The notes under the pieces were generated by a model. The model was not told the DNA's origin. It ran no database searches and worked only from the letters and a program-made list of their open reading frames with translations. The position numbers were made by a program, and so were the translations under genes. A DNA stretch of 64,000 bases from an uncultured Alphaproteobacteria bacterium (lineage in GTDB: Bacteria; Pseudomonadota; Alphaproteobacteria; SP197), in NCBI GenBank assembly GCA_938048755.1, contig CALIUG010000081.1, positions 271 to 64,270 on the forward strand. Direction: 5' to 3'. Below are positions 50,561 to 59,463 of this stretch, one piece after another (positions within the stretch are counted from its first letter, which is position 1; every line of letters begins with the position of its first letter).

Positions 50561-50986
50561 TCAGGAGTCCTTGGTCGGCTTCACGGCCTTGCCGTAAAGC
50601 TCGAGGCGATGGTCGACCAGGCGGAAGCCCAGGCGTTTGGCGATTTTCTCCTGCAGGGCTTCAAGTTCCTCGTCGAAAAACTCGATGACTTCGCCGGTGT
50701 CCAGATTGATCAGGTGATCGTGGTGTTCGTCTTCTTCGGTCGCTTCGTATCGCGCCCGGCCACCACCAAAGTCGTGACTTTGGATAATCTGGGAATCCTC
50801 GAACAGGCGCAGTGTGCGATAAACCGTTGCCAGACTGATCCGGTCATCCAGTGCCGAGGCCCTTCGGTAGACTTCTTCGACATCGGGATGGTCTTCGGAA
50901 TCCGACAGAACGCGGGCGATGACGCGCCGCTGTTCGGTCATCTTCAAACCCTTGTCGATACAAGCCTGTTCAATACGCGATGTCAT
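50561..50986 (-). CDS. fur: Fur-family metalloregulator
   Basis: 141 aa; an HTH (TEQRRVIARVL) and His/Glu/Asp metal sites (HHDH). Confidence 0.85.
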   Translation of the reverse strand: MTSRIEQACIDKGLKMTEQRRVIARVLSDSEDHPDVEEVYRRASALDDRISLATVYRTLRLFEDSQIIQSHDFGGGRARYEATEEDEHHDHLINLDTGEVIEFFDEELEALQEKIAKRLGFRLVDHRLELYGKAVKPTKDS

Positions 50987-51201
50987 GATGTCTGAATTTT
51001 AACCCGCAATTCACGCCAGCACCATGGCCCGCGCCGATCCCCGCCTCATCTTATAAGGCAAGAGCAGCTTCACATGTTTGCACCGGATCGCCAGCGATTC
51101 GGCGCAAACGGGATATGCTCCAGGAGATGGTTTCACCAAGGCCCCGTGGCAACCATATAATGCAAAAGCCCATTTGGGGCTTCTGTTTGCTGAAAGGTCC
51201 G

Positions 51202-51462
51202 ATGTTGAGCCAGAACACCGCGCATACCGACACCGACGTTTTCCTCGATATCACACCTGATGTCTGTCCGCTCACGTTCGTGAAAACCAAGATCGCGATC
51301 GAGAAGATGGCGGTGGGCGAAACGGTCGAGGTGCGTCTGAACGATGGTGAACCGCTCAAGAATGTGCCCCGTTCGGTCGAGGAGCATGGTCATCAGATCC
51401 TCTCCCTTGAGCAGGAGGAAGAGGGCTCGCAGGTCTGGCGTCTGGTGGTCAGGAAGGCCTAA
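51202..51462 (+). CDS. TusA-family sulfurtransferase-like protein
   Basis: DITPDVCPLTF carries the CPxP motif of TusA. Start trimmed to Met30 of the ORF; AAAGG RBS. Confidence 0.6.
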   Translation: MLSQNTAHTDTDVFLDITPDVCPLTFVKTKIAIEKMAVGETVEVRLNDGEPLKNVPRSVEEHGHQILSLEQEEEGSQVWRLVVRKA

Positions 51463-52571
51463 CCAAGCGCGCGTGTCAGCGTGAGCGCATCGACGCTGTC
51501 TTGTTCGTTTTCGTAGTAGCCCTTGCGACGACCCGTCTGCTTGAAACCAGCCCGGGCATAAAGCGTGCGTGCGGCAAGGTTGTCCTCGGCAACCTCCAGA
51601 AACAGGTATCTGGCTCCGGCGCTGCGCACCCGGTCCGTGACGCCGGCCAGCAGGCGCGCGCCGATTCCCGACTTGCGTGCATCCTTAACGACACCGATGG
51701 AAAGCAGTTCGGCTTCGTCGGCGGTCTGGCGAACAAAGGCAAAGCCCCTTTCCTGTCCCCTGGGGTCGACGGCAACCAGCGCAAAACTGTTCTGGCGTTC
51801 CAGCACACGGCCGATGAAATCAGCGGCCCATGGCTCCCGGAAACAGCGCCCATGCAGCGCCGAAAGCCGCTGGCTCTCCCCCGCATTGGCCACGTGCAGC
51901 TTGACCGGTGCAAGTTCTCCCGGCCGCTTGGCATCGGCGGCGCGCAGATAGAGTGGCGCCGGAGGCGCTTTGGGAAACGCTTCGCTGTCGCGCCCAAAGC
52001 GCCGGATGGCCAGCGCGGCAACATCGCGCGCATCGGGTAGCCGCAGCGCGGCATCAACCACAACGCCGGCATGATCCGCAAAGGCATCGGCGCCACTGCC
52101 GACCGCCAGCCAGGCACCTTCGGCAAGGCGGCAATCGGCGCGTTCGGCAATCAGGGGCGGGGAAAGTGTTGCACCGTCCCGCGCAAAGGTCTGGAGATAG
52201 ATCTGACCCCGTCGTGCATCCAGGGCGACAGCCAGCGACCGCTCACCCAGTGTGTCTGCATCCAGGGATGCCGCGATGGTTTCATGGGTCGTGAAACCGG
52301 CAACCGGCAGGTCTGCAGCCAGCGCCAGGCCGCGTGCCGCGGCCAGACCCACACGCACACCGGCAAAGCTGCCGGGCCCCACGGTCACTGCAATCAGATC
52401 AAGCCCGTCGAACGGCAGGTCCGCGCGTGTCATGACTTCCAGAGCCATGGGAATCATGCGTTCGGCATGACCGCGGGTCATCGCTTCCCAACCGTTGGCC
52501 AGGACCGCTTCACCGTCACACACGGCCACGGAACAGGCCGCCAGGGTTGAATCAAGTGCCAGAACCTTCAT
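51459..52571 (-). CDS. tsaB: TsaB (t6A biosynthesis) fused in one ORF to a RimI-like GNAT acetyltransferase
   Basis: The N-terminal 220 aa is TsaB/YeaZ-like (MKVLALDSTLAACSVAV). The C-terminal 150 aa is a GNAT (RimI-like, LSIGVVKDARKSGIGARLL). There is no stop codon between the domains. Confidence 0.75.
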   Translation of the reverse strand: MKVLALDSTLAACSVAVCDGEAVLANGWEAMTRGHAERMIPMALEVMTRADLPFDGLDLIAVTVGPGSFAGVRVGLAAARGLALAADLPVAGFTTHETIAASLDADTLGERSLAVALDARRGQIYLQTFARDGATLSPPLIAERADCRLAEGAWLAVGSGADAFADHAGVVVDAALRLPDARDVAALAIRRFGRDSEAFPKAPPAPLYLRAADAKRPGELAPVKLHVANAGESQRLSALHGRCFREPWAADFIGRVLERQNSFALVAVDPRGQERGFAFVRQTADEAELLSIGVVKDARKSGIGARLLAGVTDRVRSAGARYLFLEVAEDNLAARTLYARAGFKQTGRRKGYYENEQDSVDALTLTRALG

Positions 52572-52624
52572 GGGATGCTGTGTGCCTGCGTGGTAACGTT
52601 GCCGTCAATCCGAGGGGATCCAAC

Positions 52625-53182
52625 ATGACACTGCTGGTCGAAATCAGCCCGCCCCGTTTCGACGTTGTTGTCGATCTTGTCTATGGCCATGACGACAACT
52701 TCATGGGGCAAGCCATCTATGCCAACCCGCGCTGTTTTCTCCATGCCGATGCTGCAGCCTGTCTGGAGCTTGCGGTGGGTTACGCCGCCGAACAGGACCT
52801 GCGCCTGAAGATCACCGATGCCTTCCGCCCCTCGGAAGCACAATGGGCCTTGTGGAACCACACGCCCGACTCCGACTATGTCGCCGATCCCCGTCGTGGC
52901 TCGCCCCACAGCCGGGGTGTCGCGGTCGATGTCACCCTGCTGGATGCCGACGGGTGCGAGATCGACATGGGTGGCCCGGTCGATGATCTCACCGCCAACG
53001 GTCATCATGATGCGGTTGGTATCACGCCGGCTCAGCGCGCCAACCGTTTCCTGCTGCTGGGCATCATGACGGCGGCGGGATTTGACTGGTACGTCAACGA
53101 ATGGTGGCACTATCAGCTCTTCACACCGCGCCGCTATCCCGTGCTCAGCGATCGCGCGGCAGGCACGGGCATGATGGCCTAA
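52625..53182 (+). CDS. M15-family D-alanyl-D-alanine dipeptidase (VanX-like)
   Basis: HSRGVAVDVTLLD and WWHY zinc-ligand motifs. Start trimmed to MTLLVEISPP, preceded by GAGGGG. Confidence 0.7.
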   Translation: MTLLVEISPPRFDVVVDLVYGHDDNFMGQAIYANPRCFLHADAAACLELAVGYAAEQDLRLKITDAFRPSEAQWALWNHTPDSDYVADPRRGSPHSRGVAVDVTLLDADGCEIDMGGPVDDLTANGHHDAVGITPAQRANRFLLLGIMTAAGFDWYVNEWWHYQLFTPRRYPVLSDRAAGTGMMA

Positions 53183-53193
53183 CGGTGCCAGCA

Positions 53194-53778
53194 TCAGACA
53201 ATCTCGCAGGCCTCGTCAAACGCGAATCGATAGGCACGCGGGTCCAGACCCGTGCGGTCGCCATAGCCCAGATTGACCAGGAAATTGCTTTTGTAGCTGG
53301 TGCCCTCAAAAAACGCCTTGTCCACGCCGTCGCCGTCAAAGCCTGACATGGGGCCACAGTCCAGGCCCAGTGCGCGGGCGGCCAGGATGAAGTAGGCGCC
53401 CTGCAGGGTGGCGTTGCGGAACGCGGTTTCCTGGGCCAGTTCCGCGCTGGATGTGAACCAGGAAACGGCCTCTTCCATGAATAGTCGCGGCAAATGCTCG
53501 TAGAACTTTGTGTCATAGGCCAGTATGGAGACCACGGGGGCTGCCATGGTCTGTTCAACATTGGCCGACATGAGATGGGGTTCGAGCCGTGCCTTGGCGG
53601 CATCGCTGACGACAAAGGTGACACGCATGGGTGAACAGTTCGCGCTTGTCGGGCCCATCCGGGCGAGATCCCACAGCGCTTCGAGTGTTTCCCGGCTGAC
53701 CTTGCGGTCCTGCCAGCGCGATACCGTGCGCGCCTCGCGAAAGAGGAGATCAAGGGCCTTGTCGTCAAGCGTGTCCAT
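53194..53778 (-). CDS. Nitroreductase-family protein, RutE/malonic-semialdehyde-reductase-like
   Basis: Aligns with the E. coli RutE N-terminus from [18 protein letters not shown]; [10 protein letters not shown]-type motif ([10 protein letters not shown]). Confidence 0.75.
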   Translation of the reverse strand: MDTLDDKALDLLFREARTVSRWQDRKVSRETLEALWDLARMGPTSANCSPMRVTFVVSDAAKARLEPHLMSANVEQTMAAPVVSILAYDTKFYEHLPRLFMEEAVSWFTSSAELAQETAFRNATLQGAYFILAARALGLDCGPMSGFDGDGVDKAFFEGTSYKSNFLVNLGYGDRTGLDPRAYRFAFDEACEIV

Positions 53779-54850
53779 GGCGGAGTTCCTGCGCGCGCGT
53801 ATCGTGGGCTGGCTGACAGGTGTAACGCTCGCCCTGGGCACTGTCATCCCTGCGGTACCGGCGGTTCATGCGCAAGTCGTTGCGGAGCCCGCCTCGGCCG
53901 TGGTCCTGATGTATCACCGGTTCGGCGATGAGGGTGTGCCCTCGACCAACATCCGGCTCGACCAGTTCGAAGCGCACATCGCAACCCTGACCGACGGGCG
54001 TTACAACGTCCTGCCGCTCGAAGAGATTGTCGACGCGCTCGCTGCAGGTACATCCCTGCCCGACCGTACCATCGCCATCACCATCGATGATACCTACCGG
54101 TCCACCTTTACTCAGGCGTTTCCGCGACTGCAGGCAGCGGGCCTGCCGTTCACCCTGTTCGTCAATACCGATTCGGTTGGTCAGGTCGCCGGTGCCCTCA
54201 GCTGGGATGAGATTCGCACGATGGTCGAAGCCGGCGTCACAATCGGTGCCCATAGTGCCGCCCATGGCCACATGGCCTTCATGGACCGTGGCACCATGGA
54301 GCAGGATCTGGCGCGCATGACCTCGACCTTCCTGCGCGAACTGGGTTTCGTGCCGCGCCTCTTTGCCTATCCCTATGGCGAATACAGTGCCGAACTGGTC
54401 GCGATGATCGAAAACGCCGGTTATGCCGCCGCCTTCGGCCAGCATTCCGGGGCTGTTGCAGCCGGCGCCAATCGTTACACGCTGCCGCGTTTTGCGCTCA
54501 ACGAACGGTATGGCGAGCCTGATCGTTTTGCGACCATCGTCGATACTCTGGCGTTCCCGGTGCGCGACATCATGCCCGAAGACATGCCGATCCGCGGTTC
54601 GGGCAGCGCCAACCCGCCGTCCATCGGCTTCACCGCCGACGAATCCGTGGGCTCCCTCCACCGACTGGCCTGTTTTGCCTCCAACGATGCGAATGTCGAT
54701 CTGGAACTGCTGGGCGATCGCCATGTCGAGGTCCGGCTCGACCGGCCCTTCGGCCCTGGCCGCAGCCGTCTCAACTGCACGCTTCCGACACCGGACGGCC
54801 GCTTCCGCTGGCTGGGCCTGCCGTTCCTCGTGCCCGGAGGTGTTGAATGA
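53777..54850 (+). CDS. Polysaccharide deacetylase (NodB-homology) family protein, secreted
   Basis: Signal peptide [32 protein letters not shown], then a NodB-like domain ([10 protein letters not shown] ... HSAAHGHM). Confidence 0.75.
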   Translation: MAEFLRARIVGWLTGVTLALGTVIPAVPAVHAQVVAEPASAVVLMYHRFGDEGVPSTNIRLDQFEAHIATLTDGRYNVLPLEEIVDALAAGTSLPDRTIAITIDDTYRSTFTQAFPRLQAAGLPFTLFVNTDSVGQVAGALSWDEIRTMVEAGVTIGAHSAAHGHMAFMDRGTMEQDLARMTSTFLRELGFVPRLFAYPYGEYSAELVAMIENAGYAAAFGQHSGAVAAGANRYTLPRFALNERYGEPDRFATIVDTLAFPVRDIMPEDMPIRGSGSANPPSIGFTADESVGSLHRLACFASNDANVDLELLGDRHVEVRLDRPFGPGRSRLNCTLPTPDGRFRWLGLPFLVPGGVE

Positions 54851-55407
54851 GCTTTCGCAAGTGCCGCTCGTATGAGGAGCGCCGCAGCGACAGCACATTC
54901 GTGACGTCCGGCGAACTGAGGCTTTTTCTGCTTCTGACATTTCTAGCGGCGTTGGCCCTGAACGGAGTGTCGGGACGTTATGCGGTCGGGATGATCGCGA
55001 TCGTCCTTTTTGCGATCCCGTACTTTTTTCTCTTTGTGTTCTTCTGGTATGCGACCCGATCGTTCATCGCTGCCGTACTGGCCAGCGGCGTTCTATGCAT
55101 GGTTCTGATGGTTGCGGTGCAGGCTGGAGTTGCCGAGTCGGGCAATGCAACCGTGAACAGTCTTGGTGTGACCATCTTCAAGGATGGCAGCATCACCCGT
55201 GGCGGAATTCTTGCGCTCGCTGAGCGATACGCAGCGTTCGCCATGATCTGGGCTCTGGCGATATACATCACCCTTCGTGCCACGCCGACCTTCAACGCAG
55301 CGCGAGTTGGCAGATGGGCCGGTCAGAGAGCCAGGTCAGCCAGGCGGGCGTTGTCGAAATCGGTGAGTTTGTTGAAGCGGATGACCGAGCGCACCAGTTC
55401 GATGTAG
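54847..55407 (+). CDS. Hypothetical membrane protein (locally AT-rich)
   Basis: 186 aa with at least 3 TM segments. Local base composition is visibly lower in GC than the surroundings. The 3' end overlaps the convergent glucosaminidase gene. Confidence 0.35.
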   Translation: MSFRKCRSYEERRSDSTFVTSGELRLFLLLTFLAALALNGVSGRYAVGMIAIVLFAIPYFFLFVFFWYATRSFIAAVLASGVLCMVLMVAVQAGVAESGNATVNSLGVTIFKDGSITRGGILALAERYAAFAMIWALAIYITLRATPTFNAARVGRWAGQRARSARRALSKSVSLLKRMTERTSSM

Positions 55408-56273
55408 TCGGGCTCCTCGGCGTAATCGTCCAGACCGGCGGCCAGGGTCCAGCCGTCCAGCGGCAGATTTTCGCTGTGGAGTGCGGTGCGGATCTGGCGC
55501 AGGTGGCGATAGGCGCTGTGGCGGTTCAGGTTGACGAGGTAGGCCAGCACGGAATCCTTCAGGCCATCGAACGACTTCACGACATGGGTTTCATCGGAAC
55601 GGCGCGCTTCGGGCACGATGCCGTCGTCTTCATCCCACGAGCGCTGACCGAACACGGCATTGCCCTCATGGGCAAAACGCGACGTGCCCCAGCCTGATTC
55701 CAGCGCGGCCTGGGCCAGTACCAGCGAGGGTGGAATGACATCGACGCGCGCAACCAGCGTGTCGAGATCGGCGTCGTCGACATAGTAGAGCTCGGCAAGC
55801 TCGTTGAGCCATGCCAGGTCCTCGGCGGAAAGTTCCTGACCCATGTCGAGCGTCGACTTGAGATAGAGCAGGTGCACACGGTCTTCGAGGATGTTCTCGT
55901 TGGCTGCCAGCACCAGCGGCAGCATGACCATGATGAAGATGCGCTTCTTCTCGGCCACCTGATCGATCTCGGCCATGTCCTGGGGCATGGCCGTGGGGTA
56001 GAGGCGCGGCACCAGGGCGTCACCCTCGCGCACGCTGGCAACCTGGAATCCGGCTTCGGAGAGAATCTGGTCCACGGTCTCTGCGTCCGAGGCCGGCAGC
56101 AACCCTGATTCTGCAACAACCTCGGACGTCTCGGTCACGGGCTCCATGGCGATGACCGCACGGGGCGAGACAGCGGAGCTGGTGCCGGTCTCGTCGGCTG
56201 TGTCAGCCAGTGCGCCATGAGTCAGAAACGCTGTGGTCAGCAGGACCACAGACCTGGAAAGTTTGACAGACAT
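55323..56273 (-). CDS. Glucosaminidase-domain protein (Bax/FlgJ C-terminal-like muramidase)
   Basis: LVLAQAALESGWGTSRFAHEGNAVFGQ is the mannosyl-glycoprotein endo-beta-N-acetylglucosaminidase signature. N-terminal signal peptide. Confidence 0.65.
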   Translation of the reverse strand: MSVKLSRSVVLLTTAFLTHGALADTADETGTSSAVSPRAVIAMEPVTETSEVVAESGLLPASDAETVDQILSEAGFQVASVREGDALVPRLYPTAMPQDMAEIDQVAEKKRIFIMVMLPLVLAANENILEDRVHLLYLKSTLDMGQELSAEDLAWLNELAELYYVDDADLDTLVARVDVIPPSLVLAQAALESGWGTSRFAHEGNAVFGQRSWDEDDGIVPEARRSDETHVVKSFDGLKDSVLAYLVNLNRHSAYRHLRQIRTALHSENLPLDGWTLAAGLDDYAEEPDYIELVRSVIRFNKLTDFDNARLADLAL

Positions 56274-56344
56274 AAAAGGAGGCTCCCTTTGAACCACCGT
56301 TGATCGCCGCCACCCCTGTCCTCCGAAGGAACGGCAGGTTCGCC

Positions 56345-56899
56345 CTACATAACGGGGCGAACTTCGACCACTTCGGGGATGTAATGTTTCAGAAGATTCT
56401 CGATGCCCATTTTTAGGGTCATTGTCGAACTGGGGCAGCCCTGACAGGCGCCCTGCATGGTGAGGTGGACGATACCGTCCTGGTAGGAGCGGAAGACAAT
56501 ATCCCCGCCGTCCTGGGCAACGGCCGGACGCACGCGGGTATCGAGCAGTTCCTTGATCTGGCCTACGACTTCGGCATCGGCTTCGCCAAAGCTCTCTTCG
56601 GCGGCTTCGCTGTCGCCTTCGATGACCGGACGGCCTGCGATGAAGTGCTCCATGATCACGCCCAGAATGGCGGGTTTCATGAGCTGCCAGTCACCGCCTT
56701 CGCTTTTGGTCACCGAAACAAAGTCGGACCCCAGGAACACGCCCTCGACCTCGGCCACATCAAACAGGCGATGGGCCAGGGGTGAACGCTCTGCGGCTTC
56801 CTGGTTGGAAAAATCGGCCGTTCCGGAGGTCATCACGGCCTTGCCCGGCAGAAACTTCAGGGTCAACGGGTTGGGCGTATCTTCGGTCTGGATGAACAT
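56345..56899 (-). CDS. nfuA: NifU/Nfu-type Fe-S cluster assembly protein
   Basis: Nfu_N domain (MFIQTEDTPNPLTLKF) plus a C-terminal NifU domain with CQGCPSS. Confidence 0.8.
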   Translation of the reverse strand: MFIQTEDTPNPLTLKFLPGKAVMTSGTADFSNQEAAERSPLAHRLFDVAEVEGVFLGSDFVSVTKSEGGDWQLMKPAILGVIMEHFIAGRPVIEGDSEAAEESFGEADAEVVGQIKELLDTRVRPAVAQDGGDIVFRSYQDGIVHLTMQGACQGCPSSTMTLKMGIENLLKHYIPEVVEVRPVM

Positions 56900-57064
56900 G
56901 GTGCTCTCCGTTCCTTCCGGTCGCTTGGACCGCTGCGCATCAGGTGATCGCCAGCGCTGGCGTATGGCAAATGCCACGAACGTGGCCCTTACATAGTGAT
57001 CGTGGTCACAGGGTCAAGGCCCCACGTGTGGATGCATGGGAGCTATGCGCGAGCCGGGATGCTC

Positions 57065-57571
57065 TCAGGTAATGTTGATGATCTTCTCGTCGGTCAGGCT
57101 GCCCGGCACGATGACCAGCGGAATCGAGAGACGTCCGGCAAGATTGCCGGCCAGAAAGCCCACCAGCTTGCCTTTGCCGTCGGCGGGATTGGAGCCGATG
57201 CACAGAAGATCGATGCTGGGATCTTCATCGACGGCACCCAGAATCTCGTCGCCGATGCGGCCCTCGCGCATCAGGAGTTCAGGCATGACGCCAGCCCAGC
57301 CGTTGACGTCGGCGGCCAGTTCCTGGAGCAGGGCTTCAGCTTCTTCGCGGCGTTCCTCACGCATCATTTCCTCGACACCAGACCACTGGCGAAAGTCCAC
57401 GGGCTGGATGATGTGGAGCAAGGCGACGCGCCCATTGGTGTTCTTGGCCCGGCGGCAGGCAAAGTGCACGGCAACGCGGCTGGGCGGTGAGCCATCGACG
57501 CAGACCAGGAACTTCACCTGTCCGGCGACATGTTCACTGGGCGCATTGGTACTGTCGGATTGCTCGCTCAT
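57065..57571 (-). CDS. uspA: Universal stress protein UspA family
   Basis: 168 aa alpha/beta fold with the ATP-binding motif GSNPADGKGKLVGFLAGNLAG. Confidence 0.8.
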   Translation of the reverse strand: MSEQSDSTNAPSEHVAGQVKFLVCVDGSPPSRVAVHFACRRAKNTNGRVALLHIIQPVDFRQWSGVEEMMREERREEAEALLQELAADVNGWAGVMPELLMREGRIGDEILGAVDEDPSIDLLCIGSNPADGKGKLVGFLAGNLAGRLSIPLVIVPGSLTDEKIINIT

Positions 57572-57650
57572 GGTTCTCCATTACACGCTTGTTTGCCGCG
57601 CCCGTTCGGCGCCTCGGCTTGCCGGCTCTTACCGGTCTGTGGCGTTTGGA

Positions 57651-58400
57651 TCAGGGACGCCGGAACATCAGATTGCCCAACAAGCCTGCCATCACTGCAC
57701 CCAGCACTGCAAGGATGCCGTGAAGTGTGCCGTCTTCGTATGCGAATTCGTACAAGTCCGCTCCGAATCCACCCTTGCCCACCTCCAGGGGTGACGTCTG
57801 GGCTCCAACCACCTGGCCGTCGCGAATCAGGAAACTCTGGACCAGATAGGAGCCCACCGGCACATCGGCCGGGAAGGGAATCTTGACCCTGAAAAGTCGA
57901 CCACCGAACACATTGATGTGCAGAGGCGCTTCCGGATATAGACCATTCGCTTGCTTGAGGCCGATCAGTGCGGCCAGAAACTCCGTTTCTTCGGTCTCGT
58001 CGACGTCGTCCTCAGCATCGACCCGGAGTCCCGCAAGGCCGATTTCGTAAAGCCGCAGTTGATCGGGTGTCGCAAGTTCTTCAAGCGGGTTGGTTGAGGC
58101 CACAGCGTAAAAGGCCGGCACGTTGCGGAACTCAGCCGATTCCGCATTGATCCAGATTCCGAAGACACGGTCCTTCTTGCGCACCACAACATTGTCGCGC
58201 GGGCCGGTCACCACAACGATGACATCGCCACCGCCTTCAATGGCGCCAAAGACCAGGAGCTCCGTGCCCTTGAAGTCCGATGTGATGGAGATGCGATGAT
58301 TGGACAGATCGGCAATGAGGTCCTGTGCCGTGGCCGGGCGCATGGCCAACGCCAGGATCGCCAGCGCGATCGACAAGGCAGCAAGGCGGGGCCGGATCAA
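57651..58400 (-). CDS. TIGR02186-family alphaproteobacterial putative transmembrane protein
   Basis: 249 aa with a signal peptide and a C-terminal TM; typically paired with a TauE/SafE permease, as here. Confidence 0.55.
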   Translation of the reverse strand: MIRPRLAALSIALAILALAMRPATAQDLIADLSNHRISITSDFKGTELLVFGAIEGGGDVIVVVTGPRDNVVVRKKDRVFGIWINAESAEFRNVPAFYAVASTNPLEELATPDQLRLYEIGLAGLRVDAEDDVDETEETEFLAALIGLKQANGLYPEAPLHINVFGGRLFRVKIPFPADVPVGSYLVQSFLIRDGQVVGAQTSPLEVGKGGFGADLYEFAYEDGTLHGILAVLGAVMAGLLGNLMFRRP

Positions 58401-59320
58401 TGGAGCCCCACCACGGAAAGGCTGAACAGATTGGAAGGCTCACTGATCAGGCGCCACAGCAGCGTCCCACAAACGCCCAGCACGACCAGAGCCAGCAGCC
58501 CGCGCAGTTCCTCGCCACGCAGTTCCGCGCCGACGCGCGTACCGAACTGCGCGCCGATCACCGCGCCAAGGGTCAGCAGGCCGGCCAGAACGACATCGAC
58601 GGTCTGGGTGTTGGCCGAATGCAGAATGGTCGCCACGGCCGTGACGAAGGTGATCTGGAAGAGCGAGGTGCCGATCACCACGCTGACCGGCATGCCCAGC
58701 AGATAGATCATCGCCGGTACCAGCAGGAAACCACCGCCGACACCCATGATCGAGGCAAGCACGCCGACAAAGAAACCCAAGCCGATTGGGAGGATGGCGC
58801 TGATATAGAGGCGCGAGGTGCGGAAGCGCATCTTGAAGGGCAGGCCGTGGGCCCAGTTGTGGACATGCGCCTTTTTGCGGGCCGTGGATCCGCCGCGCCG
58901 CCGCAGGATGGCACGCACCGATTCCACCATCATCAGGGTGCCGATCGACCCCAGCATGAAGACATAGGAAATCGAGATGACCAGGTCGATCTGGCCCAGT
59001 TGGCGCAGGATATCGAAGAGCCAGACACCAAAGGCAGAGCCCAGGGTGCCGCCGGCCAGCAGCACGACGCCCATCTTGAAATCAACCTGGCGTCGGCGCC
59101 AATGGGCCATGAAGCCGGAGACCGATGCAGCCACGACCTGGTTGACTTCCGAGCCCACCGCGACAGGCGGTGGGACGCCGATGAAGATCAGCAGCGGAGT
59201 CATCAGGAAACCGCCTCCGACGCCGAACAGGCCGGACAGAAAGCCGACCATGCCACCCATGCCCAGCAGCAGGAAAATGTCGACGGACATCTCTGCGATG
59301 GGCAGGTAGATCTGGAACAT
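58397..59320 (-). CDS. TauE/SafE (DUF81) family sulfite/anion exporter
   Basis: 307 aa with 8 or more TM helices in a duplicated 4-TM arrangement. Confidence 0.8.
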   Translation of the reverse strand: MFQIYLPIAEMSVDIFLLLGMGGMVGFLSGLFGVGGGFLMTPLLIFIGVPPPVAVGSEVNQVVAASVSGFMAHWRRRQVDFKMGVVLLAGGTLGSAFGVWLFDILRQLGQIDLVISISYVFMLGSIGTLMMVESVRAILRRRGGSTARKKAHVHNWAHGLPFKMRFRTSRLYISAILPIGLGFFVGVLASIMGVGGGFLLVPAMIYLLGMPVSVVIGTSLFQITFVTAVATILHSANTQTVDVVLAGLLTLGAVIGAQFGTRVGAELRGEELRGLLALVVLGVCGTLLWRLISEPSNLFSLSVVGLH

Positions 59321-59463
59321 GGGCTAACCGGCGCGTTGGAGCTGAAGGTTATCTTTTGCGCCTGCAACGGGCGCGCGACAAGGTTTAACCGGCAATTTCA
59401 GCCCTGGTCCGGCAAGATTCACGCAATTGGCTGCGCAAACATGATCATGACGCTGCTGCACGG

